DNA of 64,000 nucleotides from Calditrichota bacterium (GTDB lineage Bacteria; Zhuqueibacterota; JdFR-76; BMS3Abin05), in the NCBI GenBank assembly GCA_013151735.1, contig JAADHR010000017.1, forward strand, positions 30,138-94,137. The letters run 5' to 3'. The notes beneath the pieces are model-generated. The model searched no databases and was not told where the DNA came from. It saw only the letters and a program-made list of their open reading frames with translations. Shown piece by piece: positions 46,838 through 54,848 of this stretch (its first letter is position 1; each line of letters opens with the position of its first letter). The translations under genes were made by a program, and so were the position numbers.

Positions 46838-47077
46838 ATGAACCTGAAACAGGAAAAACACATCGACGACACATTGTTGGAATTGTTCATTTTGGATGAA
46901 AAAGGATTTAGCCCGGAAAAACGAAGCGAAATAGAAGCCCATCTTCAGCATTGCCAGCAATGCCGGGAAAAAATGGCCAAATTGAAAATGTTTTATGATA
47001 TTCTGGAAGAGGAATTACAGAATCCGATTTCGGAAAATGCCTACAAAATATTGAAGAGGATGGATTTGAAAAAATAG
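46838..47077 (+). CDS. Small putative zinc-finger protein (anti-sigma zf-HC2-like)
   Basis: Start at the ATG with an AGAGGTGA RBS. HLQHCQQCREK is an H-x3-C-x2-C motif. Confidence 0.4.
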   Translation: MNLKQEKHIDDTLLELFILDEKGFSPEKRSEIEAHLQHCQQCREKMAKLKMFYDILEEELQNPISENAYKILKRMDLKK

Positions 47078-47078
47078 T

Positions 47079-47107
47079 TGACAAAATCAAAATATTGCAC
47101 TATATTT
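47079..47107 (+). promoter_or_regulatory. Sigma-70-like TTGACA-N17-TATATT hexamer pair (candidate promoter)
   Basis: Perfect -35 with a near-consensus -10 at optimal spacing, but it directly abuts the terminator at 47113. Confidence 0.25.
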
Positions 47108-47112
47108 AGCAG

Positions 47113-47141
47113 TCCAGTTGAAAATCAACTGGATTTTTTTT
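47113..47141 (+). terminator. Rho-independent terminator
   Basis: TCCAGTTGA-aaa-TCAACTGGA is a perfect 9-bp inverted repeat followed by T8. Confidence 0.75.
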
Positions 47142-47344
47142 GTCTTTAAAATGTGACAATGACCTAACTTCTATTATAACAATTAGTTAGGGAATGTTTT
47201 GCAGCAAACAAGAAGAAAAAAGGGAACCGTTTGGAACTAAATAGGTACAATTTACGTAATTCATTAAAAAACAATCTGGGGTTTTCGAATTTGCGTCTAT
47301 TGATAGTTAAATAAAACAAATGTTACGGGAGGTGACACATAACA

Positions 47345-48049
47345 ATGGAAAAGAAACAGAAATTTTTTATGTCCAGATACAAGACATTGTTTTTAGCAAC
47401 GACGATATTTATTTTTTCGGTGTCGATGTTGGGGTTTACGGCGAAGTATTTGTATATGACCCGCTACGACCAGCAAATCCAGTCGCTGGAAAGGTCGTTA
47501 ATGGATTTGAAGGCGGCCATGAATGTGGATTCAATCCGGCAATTCAATATTGAGAAGGTTATGAAAATTATTGACAAGCATAACAAAAATCTGCCGTCAA
47601 ATTTAAAATACGAAATTGCCAATGAGATCTACAATATGAGCATAAAATACCCCAATCTTTCCGTGGATTTGATTTGCGCGGTCATTTCACAGGAAACCGG
47701 CAACACCTGGGATCCCGGGGCCACGTCCAAAGCAGGTGCGCTTGGGTTGATGCAGATTATGCCCATGACGGGTATGTTCCTGGCGTCATACGAACGTATT
47801 AACTGGACAACGCCAGAGGATGTTCTTTACAACCCGATCGACAATATTCGGCTGGGTTGCCGGTATCTGTCAGCCTTAATTGACACGTACGGGCTGGAGG
47901 GCGGTATTGCGGCCTACAACGGGGGAGAGCGCAAGGCGGCCGAATGGCTGGCAGCCAACAAGGCCAAAGGCATCCTGTACAAGGAAACAGAGGATTATGT
48001 GCCTTCGGTGCTAAAATACAGCGAGCTGTATAAAAAATCCCAGATGTAA
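47345..48049 (+). CDS. Lytic transglycosylase (SLT domain) protein
   Basis: N-terminal TM. ISQETGNTWDPGATSKAGALGLMQIMP contains the catalytic Glu box of SLT/lysozyme-like folds. Confidence 0.75.
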   Translation: MEKKQKFFMSRYKTLFLATTIFIFSVSMLGFTAKYLYMTRYDQQIQSLERSLMDLKAAMNVDSIRQFNIEKVMKIIDKHNKNLPSNLKYEIANEIYNMSIKYPNLSVDLICAVISQETGNTWDPGATSKAGALGLMQIMPMTGMFLASYERINWTTPEDVLYNPIDNIRLGCRYLSALIDTYGLEGGIAAYNGGERKAAEWLAANKAKGILYKETEDYVPSVLKYSELYKKSQM

Positions 48050-48077
48050 TAGGCTTTTACACATTTTGCAATTGCGA

Positions 48078-48110
48078 AAAAGCTCCGATCCATTTATCGG
48101 AGCTTTTTTC
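48078..48110 (+). terminator. Rho-independent terminator
   Basis: AAAGCTCCGAT-ccattt-ATCGGAGCTTT stem followed by TTTT. Lies 29 bp after the transglycosylase gene. Confidence 0.75.
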
Positions 48111-48290
48111 TATCTGGAAAGAAATGGACGGGTTCATAGCAGGCTGAAAGTCGTTCTATTAAAAAATGAATAAAATTTCATTGTTTTTTTAAGAAAATAG
48201 GGCTATATTTGTTTCTTATGATGAAATTGTCCGACGGAAAGAAACCCACACGTGTCTTTGCAATGATATGAGCAGAGTGAAAATTGCTTT

Positions 48291-49067
48291 ATGAGTGCAA
48301 AAAAACAGAAAAAGAAAACCGATTCCAATGGGAAAGAAATGCCATTTTTGGCCCATCTGGAAGAATTGCGGTGGCGTCTTCTTAAAAGCGTTATAGCCGT
48401 TTTTGTAATGGTCCTCATTGCTTTTCCTTTTTCGAACCAGCTTCTGGAAATATTAACCTACCCGAACAACCGAATGCCGAATCCGCCCAAACTCATCTTT
48501 TTGCATCCAACCGGAATGCTCATGGTTCGGTTCGGAATTGCCATAGCCGCTGGCATCATCATGGCGCTTCCTGTGATTTTTTACCAATTTTGGAAATTCG
48601 TGGCGCCCGGGCTGCTTCCGCGGGAGAAAAAATTTGTCTGGCCGATAATTATTTTTTCAACGATTTGTTTCCTTCTTGGAATTGTATTTGCCTATTTTGT
48701 GATGCTCCCGTTTATTCTGCCCTTTTTATACGGATTGGGTACCGAGTCGATCCGGCCCACAATCAATATAAATGATTACATTGGTTTTGTTTCGAGGATT
48801 ATTTTGGTGGCCGGAATTATTTTTGAGTTACCGGCCCTTTCTTACTTTCTGACGAAAATTGGCATTTTGCGACCTCATTATCTAAAAAAATACAGACGAT
48901 ATGCCGTGGTTATTGTGTTTGTGGCGGCCGCTATTTTAACACCGCCAGACCCGGGAAGCCAAATATTGATGGCCGTTCCCTTGCTCCTTTTATATGAGGT
49001 CAGTGTGTGGATTTCGGTTGTGGTTTATAAAAATAAGGCCAAAAAGGCGGCATTAAAAAAGAATTAA
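48291..49067 (+). CDS. tatC: Twin-arginine translocase subunit TatC
   Basis: AHLEELRWRLLKS N-terminus and six TM helices with the TatC pattern. 258 aa. Confidence 0.9.
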   Translation: MSAKKQKKKTDSNGKEMPFLAHLEELRWRLLKSVIAVFVMVLIAFPFSNQLLEILTYPNNRMPNPPKLIFLHPTGMLMVRFGIAIAAGIIMALPVIFYQFWKFVAPGLLPREKKFVWPIIIFSTICFLLGIVFAYFVMLPFILPFLYGLGTESIRPTININDYIGFVSRIILVAGIIFELPALSYFLTKIGILRPHYLKKYRRYAVVIVFVAAAILTPPDPGSQILMAVPLLLLYEVSVWISVVVYKNKAKKAALKKN

Positions 49068-49184
49068 ATCGGGGGAAAACCCTTCCGGGTTGCTTTGAAC
49101 ATTTGGAATGCATCAGGAGAATCCCGGGGGGACGATTGAAATAGAAAATATTATATCGTATTGAGAGATGTTCGGAGGAAAACA

Positions 49185-49742
49185 ATGGCAATAAAGCCCG
49201 ATCGATGGATCAGAAAAATGGCTCTTGAAAACGGAATGATTGAGCCCTTTGCCGACCGACAGGTAAGAAAAGGCGTGATTTCTTATGGTGTTTCGTCCTA
49301 TGGCTATGACGTACGCATCGCAAATGAGTTTCGTATTTTTACGAATATTAATACGACAATCGTCGACCCCAAGGATTTTGATTCCCGGTCGCTGGTGGAA
49401 TATACCGGAGATGTGTGCGTTATTCCCCCCAATTCATTTGCCCTGGGCCGATCGGTTGAATATTTCCGAATTCCACGAAATGTTATGACCATTTGCCTGG
49501 GAAAATCCACGTATGCACGGTGCGGCATTATTACAAATGTAACCCCCCTGGAACCCGGCTGGGAAGGCTTTGTGACGCTTGAAATTTCCAACACAACGCC
49601 TCTTCCTGCAAAAATTTACGCAAATGAAGGCATTGCACAGGTTCTGTTTTTTGAAAGCGATGAGAACTGCGAAATTTCATACGCGGATAAAAAGGGGAAA
49701 TATCAAGCACAAACAGGCGTAACCTTACCAAGGGTTTCCTGA
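49185..49742 (+). CDS. dcd: dCTP deaminase
   Basis: Start at the second Met (MAIKPDRWI). [13 protein letters not shown] and a dUTPase-like fold. 185 aa. Confidence 0.8.
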   Translation: MAIKPDRWIRKMALENGMIEPFADRQVRKGVISYGVSSYGYDVRIANEFRIFTNINTTIVDPKDFDSRSLVEYTGDVCVIPPNSFALGRSVEYFRIPRNVMTICLGKSTYARCGIITNVTPLEPGWEGFVTLEISNTTPLPAKIYANEGIAQVLFFESDENCEISYADKKGKYQAQTGVTLPRVS

Positions 49743-49800
49743 GCAGTTTCGAACAGGAATAGCGGGGAATTGATAGCCTTAAGCATGGGATGTTCAGTTT

Positions 49801-50667
49801 ATGAAGGAAGACAGTCAAGATAACGGATGGGCAGATCTTCACATACACACCACGTGGTCCGATGGGGTCTTCTCACCCGAATACATGGTTCAAAAAGCCG
49901 GAGAAATTGGGTTGCGGGCCATTGCCATAACGGATCATGATGCCTTGCGGGGTATTGATGAAGCGACAAAAGTTGGCAACGAAATGGGTATCGAAATTAT
50001 TCCGGGGATTGAACTCAGTACGACAAACGGTATTCATGATGTTCATATTCTGGGGTATTTTTTTGATCCCCACAACGAAGATATATTGGAGTATGTGCGC
50101 TTTTTTCAGGAAGAAAGAATTAAGCGTGCCAAAAAAATACTCGACAAGCTTTGGAAAATGGGCATTCGATTAAATGCAGAGGTTGTTATTTCGAGCGCGG
50201 GCCATGGAGCAGTAGGACGTCCCCACATTGCCGATGCCCTAATGGAAGAGGGATTCGTCCTTTCGTATGATGAAGCATTCTACAAATACATTGGGGACGG
50301 GAAACCGGCCTTTGTGGAAAAACCAAAAATATCGCCCGTCGAAGGAATTGATCTCATTCACAAGGCGGGGGGGCTCACCTTTCTGGCCCATCCGGGAATG
50401 GACTTGACGGATACCGAAATCTTTCAGGTGATGAAGCAGGGCCTCGACGGTCTGGAAATTCTTCACCCCAAACATTCTGACGAGAAGGTCAATTATTTTT
50501 ATAAATTTGCCAGCGACCATCGGCTGCTGGTATCGGGAGGCTCCGATTGCCATGGAAACCGGAAAGGAGAGATGATGATGGGAAAGTTCAATGTCCCTTA
50601 TAAATTTGTTGCAGAGATGAAAAAGGCTCTTCAGTTATTGCGCGCAGCGGGCTCCAACTTGAGTTGA
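49801..50667 (+). CDS. PHP-domain phosphoesterase (TrpH/YciV, RNase AM-like)
   Basis: ADLHIHTTWSDG...AIAITDHD is the PHP metal-binding pattern. 288 aa. Confidence 0.8.
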   Translation: MKEDSQDNGWADLHIHTTWSDGVFSPEYMVQKAGEIGLRAIAITDHDALRGIDEATKVGNEMGIEIIPGIELSTTNGIHDVHILGYFFDPHNEDILEYVRFFQEERIKRAKKILDKLWKMGIRLNAEVVISSAGHGAVGRPHIADALMEEGFVLSYDEAFYKYIGDGKPAFVEKPKISPVEGIDLIHKAGGLTFLAHPGMDLTDTEIFQVMKQGLDGLEILHPKHSDEKVNYFYKFASDHRLLVSGGSDCHGNRKGEMMMGKFNVPYKFVAEMKKALQLLRAAGSNLS

Positions 50668-51326
50668 ATAAATACAGAATGATTCAATCCGGCAAATTGC
50701 AAATACATACGGTAGTCGTCGGTCCGTTTTCCGTGAATTGTTATCTGGTTCATCCCCAAAACAGACCGGAGACGGCCATCATTGACCCCGGTGGTGACGA
50801 AGATCTTATTTTTATGGAGATTCAAAATCTTCGATTAACTCCCCGGCTTATTCTGCTTACGCACGGGCATATCGATCATTTGTTGGCGGTACAGGCACTG
50901 AAGCATCGGTTTCAAATTCCTGTTCTGGCCAATGAGAATGAAAAGGAGTTTCTGGCAAACCTGGCTCTGCAGGGTCAACTTCTTGGCCTTTCGAGTCCAC
51001 CGGGGTTTGAGGTGGATCGCTGGGTTTCTGAGCCCGAAGAAATTGCGCTGGGACCGATCCATTTGAAAGTGATTGACACTCCCGGACACACACCGGGAAG
51101 CTGCAGTTATGTGGGACCGGGGGAGGTATTCGTCGGCGACACCCTTTTTGCGGGGTCTATTGGTCGCACGGATCTGCCGGGCGGCGATTATCAAACTCTT
51201 ATTGATTCGGTTAAAAATAAATTATTTGTTTTACCGGATGATTTTGATGTGTTTCCGGGTCACGGTCCCCGAACCACTATCAGAAACGAAAAGCGATTTA
51301 ACCCGTTTGTTAGAGGCAACTCATGA
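50664..51326 (+). CDS. MBL-fold metallo-hydrolase (glyoxalase II-like)
   Basis: THGHIDH and DTPGHTPGS motifs. 220 aa. Confidence 0.8.
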   Translation: MNKYRMIQSGKLQIHTVVVGPFSVNCYLVHPQNRPETAIIDPGGDEDLIFMEIQNLRLTPRLILLTHGHIDHLLAVQALKHRFQIPVLANENEKEFLANLALQGQLLGLSSPPGFEVDRWVSEPEEIALGPIHLKVIDTPGHTPGSCSYVGPGEVFVGDTLFAGSIGRTDLPGGDYQTLIDSVKNKLFVLPDDFDVFPGHGPRTTIRNEKRFNPFVRGNS

Positions 51327-52042
51327 AAGAATTTTTTAGCTCCCTGATCGATCGGAAAAAAACAATTCACACTTCAGAAAAAGTACTCACCGTCGAGGAC
51401 ATACGAAGCAATGTCCTTGTGGATGCGTATCTGAACGGGGCTGACTCACACATGGAGGGCTGTTCCTGCATCGAACACGGACGACGGCATGCCAATTTGG
51501 TTTCAAATATTTCGTACAATATCGTTAAGCGCGTGGGGCGTTCCGATCGTGAAGCGGAACTCGCGGCCATTGCGGGTTATTTGCACGATATCGGATATGT
51601 TATTAACCGGGCCCAGCACGCACAAATGGGAGCCTTGCTGTCGCATACCATTCTTTTACACATGGGAATGAAACCCCGTGAAATTATCGAAGTGGTTGCA
51701 GCCATTGGAAATCATGACGAAGCCAATTTCGACACCGTAAATCCGATTGCAGCCGCTCTTATGCTGGCCGATAAATCGGATGTTCACCGGTCGCGCGTCC
51801 GTTCATCAACTGTTGAAACATTGCAGCCGGAAGAGCGTATTTACTTTGCCGTAGAAAATTCCTTTTTGCGTGTCGATGGCGATGGCAAGGAAATTACTCT
51901 GGAATTGTCTATTGATACTCAAATCTCCAAAATCATGGATTATTTTGGTATTTTTCTGGGACACATGCGGGCCTGCGAAAAGGCGGCCTCCTATTTATCG
52001 TGTAAATTTCGTTTGGAAATTAACGGAACAAAGGTTATGTAG
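51323..52042 (+). CDS. HD-domain phosphohydrolase
   Basis: YLHDIGY and GNHDEA (HD motif). 239 aa. Confidence 0.65.
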   Translation: MKEFFSSLIDRKKTIHTSEKVLTVEDIRSNVLVDAYLNGADSHMEGCSCIEHGRRHANLVSNISYNIVKRVGRSDREAELAAIAGYLHDIGYVINRAQHAQMGALLSHTILLHMGMKPREIIEVVAAIGNHDEANFDTVNPIAAALMLADKSDVHRSRVRSSTVETLQPEERIYFAVENSFLRVDGDGKEITLELSIDTQISKIMDYFGIFLGHMRACEKAASYLSCKFRLEINGTKVM

Positions 52043-52053
52043 CTCGGGGAACT

Positions 52054-53043
52054 ATGGATTCAACACGAATTGAACGTTTGCGGCAGTTAATCGCCACCCA
52101 TCACCATTTTGTGTTAACCACCCACGTTAACCCCGATGGAGACGGGCTGGGCAGCGAAATGGCATTTTACTACTATTTAAAAGGTCTTGGTAAGACGGTT
52201 TTCATCTGGAATCATAACCCTCTGCCGAAAAACTACACCTTTCTGGATCCCAATGGGGTTATGGAAGTTTTTAGCGCCAAGCGGCATCGAGAGCGGCTCA
52301 AGGAAATTGAGGTTGTTTTTATTCTGGATATCAGCGACTGGTACCGGCTGAAGGAATTCGGAAAATGGTTGAGCAGACACCCCCTTCCGATTGTTTGCGT
52401 GGATCATCATCCCGATGGTGAACGGTTCTCCGCGCTGGATTTTATTATGACGGAGGCTTCGTCCACGGGTGAAATTGTTTACGATATTTTAAAAGCACTG
52501 CGCGCCCCTGTTACAAAACCCATGGCAGAGGCACTTTATACAGCCGTTCTAACCGATACAGGGTCATTCCGGTTTAATAATACAACGCCAAAAGCTCACC
52601 AAATGGCTGCCGAATTTCTGAAACAGGGGGTGAATTTCCGCTCCATTTATGAAAATGTTTATGAAAAAGAAAGTCCCGAAAAGATCAAACTGCTTGGCAT
52701 GGCACTTCAGCAGCTGAATTTTGAATATGGAAGAAAATTGGCCTGGTTCAAGATTACCCGTGAGATGCTTCGGAAAGTGGGTCTCAATCCGGAAGAGACC
52801 GATGGGTTTTCCGATTTCCCCCGCCGAATTGATGGGGTTGAAGTCAGTCTGATGTTTGTGGAGGTTTCAGAAAAACGAACCAAAGTGAGTTTTCGTTCAA
52901 AAGGTAATATTGTGATCAATGGGTTAGCTCAGGATGTGGGGGGCGGCGGACACCAATTTGCATCGGGAGCCATTGTAAAAAAACCCATTGACGAAACCAT
53001 TCCCCTGATTCTGGAAAAAGCCGGAAAGCTTTTTGCCTCGTGA
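52054..53043 (+). CDS. nrnA: Bifunctional oligoribonuclease/pAp phosphatase NrnA (DHH/DHHA1)
   Basis: LTTHVNPDGDGLGS, DHH, and a DHHA1 region ending GGGHQFASGA. Confidence 0.8.
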   Translation: MDSTRIERLRQLIATHHHFVLTTHVNPDGDGLGSEMAFYYYLKGLGKTVFIWNHNPLPKNYTFLDPNGVMEVFSAKRHRERLKEIEVVFILDISDWYRLKEFGKWLSRHPLPIVCVDHHPDGERFSALDFIMTEASSTGEIVYDILKALRAPVTKPMAEALYTAVLTDTGSFRFNNTTPKAHQMAAEFLKQGVNFRSIYENVYEKESPEKIKLLGMALQQLNFEYGRKLAWFKITREMLRKVGLNPEETDGFSDFPRRIDGVEVSLMFVEVSEKRTKVSFRSKGNIVINGLAQDVGGGGHQFASGAIVKKPIDETIPLILEKAGKLFAS

Positions 53044-53178
53044 AGAATTATTAAAAATGAGTAACATTTCGATTTCTCCTTGATTTTATTCCCTAAAATG
53101 AGTATGTTTATTTGTGAGGATCATCCCCTTAAAATTATTAATAAATAAGAAATTACGCCGAAATATATTGGCATATTG

Positions 53179-53194
53179 CGGAATAGCCCTTGCG
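53179..53194 (+). promoter_or_regulatory. Candidate sigma-54 (-24/-12) promoter
   Basis: cGGaat-N5-TTGCg has the GG-N10-GC spacing and a good -12 element, about 35 bp upstream of the ATG at 53227. The -24 half is weak. Confidence 0.3.
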
Positions 53195-53226
53195 TTTCAG
53201 TCGGGAAACAATGCGGGGAGTTCAAA

Positions 53227-54801
53227 ATGAATCCAGATCGGATTGGCGAAAGAAAGTTGCAGACGGAGAGAATGCTTGATTTGGCTGAAATCGCGCGACA
53301 CTTCGATTTCCAGTATCAGGCAAAAACTTATTTCCCGGAGATTCTTAAAACAATTTGCGATGCCACAAAGGCCGTGTCGTGTTGTTTAAAATGGTTTGAC
53401 GGCTCATTGACTGGGTTTGAACTGGAAAGCACTCACTCTCGCAGGGGATTCTGCAAAATTCTCAATTTCCCGGAGTGGGGGGAAAGTCTGAAACGTCAAA
53501 ATTCTGCCGTTGTTATGGATGTTCAGACAAAAGGCACCCTGCCGGATGCCGTACGGGAGAAGCTCCTGAAAAATGGAATTCGAAGCCTCAAACGCATTCC
53601 GATTATGAGCAATAAGCGGGTCAGCGGGATACTTTTTCTGGCATTTTCCCGATCGGATTTGCCCCGCGGAGATTCCGGCATCCTGGACTCTCAACTTCGC
53701 TTGATTCGAAAAATGAGTGAAAATTTTTGCACCCCGTCGGCCCCATGCATGACCGATGAACTCATCCATTTCCTTGAACGGGAAACGGCCGCAGGCGTGC
53801 TCATTACATCCGGCGATTTTCGCATAGTTTATGCAAATCGCCCGGTGGAAAAACTGTTTCATAAGAAAGCAGAGCAGTTTATCGGTCTGCCTTTAAAAAA
53901 GGCCAATTTAAGATACGGGGAAATCTTGCAAACGGAATTGGAATCGCTTAAAAAACATCCATTCAGAACAAAACAGGTTCAACTGGTGCCCCGCAAGGGG
54001 AAAGAGATCGTTTTGGAAATTAAGGGGACACCCCTGAAAACCTCTCAGGATGAAGGGTATTTTTTGTGGCTTCTGAATGATCGTACGAAAAAGGTTCGGG
54101 AACAAATAGCCCTTGAAAAATGGCGCAAAAACACGGAAGAATTTACCTATACTGTTTCTCACGATTTGAAAGCGCCGATCATCTCCATTGAGGGTTATAT
54201 TTCGCTGCTGATGGCGGAAAATATTGATGAATTGTCGGGAGATGGAAAATTTTATATCGAAAAGGTGCTGAAGAATATTCGGGTCATGAAAAACATGATT
54301 CAGGACCTTTTGGAATTATCGCGAATTCAACAGGATAAGGATGAATTTCGAATCGCATCACTGGGTTCAATTCTCCGCAATGTACTGGATGAGTTTCAGT
54401 TCCAAATCGAAAAAAAGCGAATCGATCTGGTACTGCCCAATCGGTTTCCCCGTTTAAAATGTAATCCGAGTCTGGTTCAGGTACTTTTTTCAAATCTGAT
54501 TAGCAATGCCATCAAATTCATGGGGGATCAGCAACATCCCCGAATTGAAATCTGCTGGAAACGGAACGGGTCGTCGTTAACATTGTTCTTTAAAGATAAT
54601 GGAATCGGAATTAATCCCAAAAGCAAAGATCGTATTTTTGATGTCTTTTTCCGCTTGCAGCCTTCTCGGGGAATTGAAGGCTCCGGTGTCGGGCTTGCGA
54701 TTGTTAAAAAGATTGTGGAGGCCCATAACGGAACCATTGATGTGGAATCGGAGGTGGGAAAGGGATCCACATTTATTGTCTCTTTTCCTGTACAAAATTA
54801 A
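53227..54801 (+). CDS. Sensor histidine kinase (GAF + PAS + HisKA + HATPase_c)
   Basis: Start at the ATG with a GGGGAG RBS. H-box (FTYTVSHDLKAPIISI) and N/G boxes (ISNAIKF; DNGIGI; GSGVGLAIV). Confidence 0.8.
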   Translation: MNPDRIGERKLQTERMLDLAEIARHFDFQYQAKTYFPEILKTICDATKAVSCCLKWFDGSLTGFELESTHSRRGFCKILNFPEWGESLKRQNSAVVMDVQTKGTLPDAVREKLLKNGIRSLKRIPIMSNKRVSGILFLAFSRSDLPRGDSGILDSQLRLIRKMSENFCTPSAPCMTDELIHFLERETAAGVLITSGDFRIVYANRPVEKLFHKKAEQFIGLPLKKANLRYGEILQTELESLKKHPFRTKQVQLVPRKGKEIVLEIKGTPLKTSQDEGYFLWLLNDRTKKVREQIALEKWRKNTEEFTYTVSHDLKAPIISIEGYISLLMAENIDELSGDGKFYIEKVLKNIRVMKNMIQDLLELSRIQQDKDEFRIASLGSILRNVLDEFQFQIEKKRIDLVLPNRFPRLKCNPSLVQVLFSNLISNAIKFMGDQQHPRIEICWKRNGSSLTLFFKDNGIGINPKSKDRIFDVFFRLQPSRGIEGSGVGLAIVKKIVEAHNGTIDVESEVGKGSTFIVSFPVQN

Positions 54802-54848
54802 GTGGGATGAATTAAAAGATAAGGGAAAAATCCCTTCAAAGGAGCCGT

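Noticed and set aside
49185-52042. dCTP deaminase plus HD protein as a dNTP-depletion anti-phage defence module
   Set aside because: The dcd here is a standard ~185-aa housekeeping deaminase without the kinase fusion of defensive versions, and the HD protein is far too short for a dGTPase.
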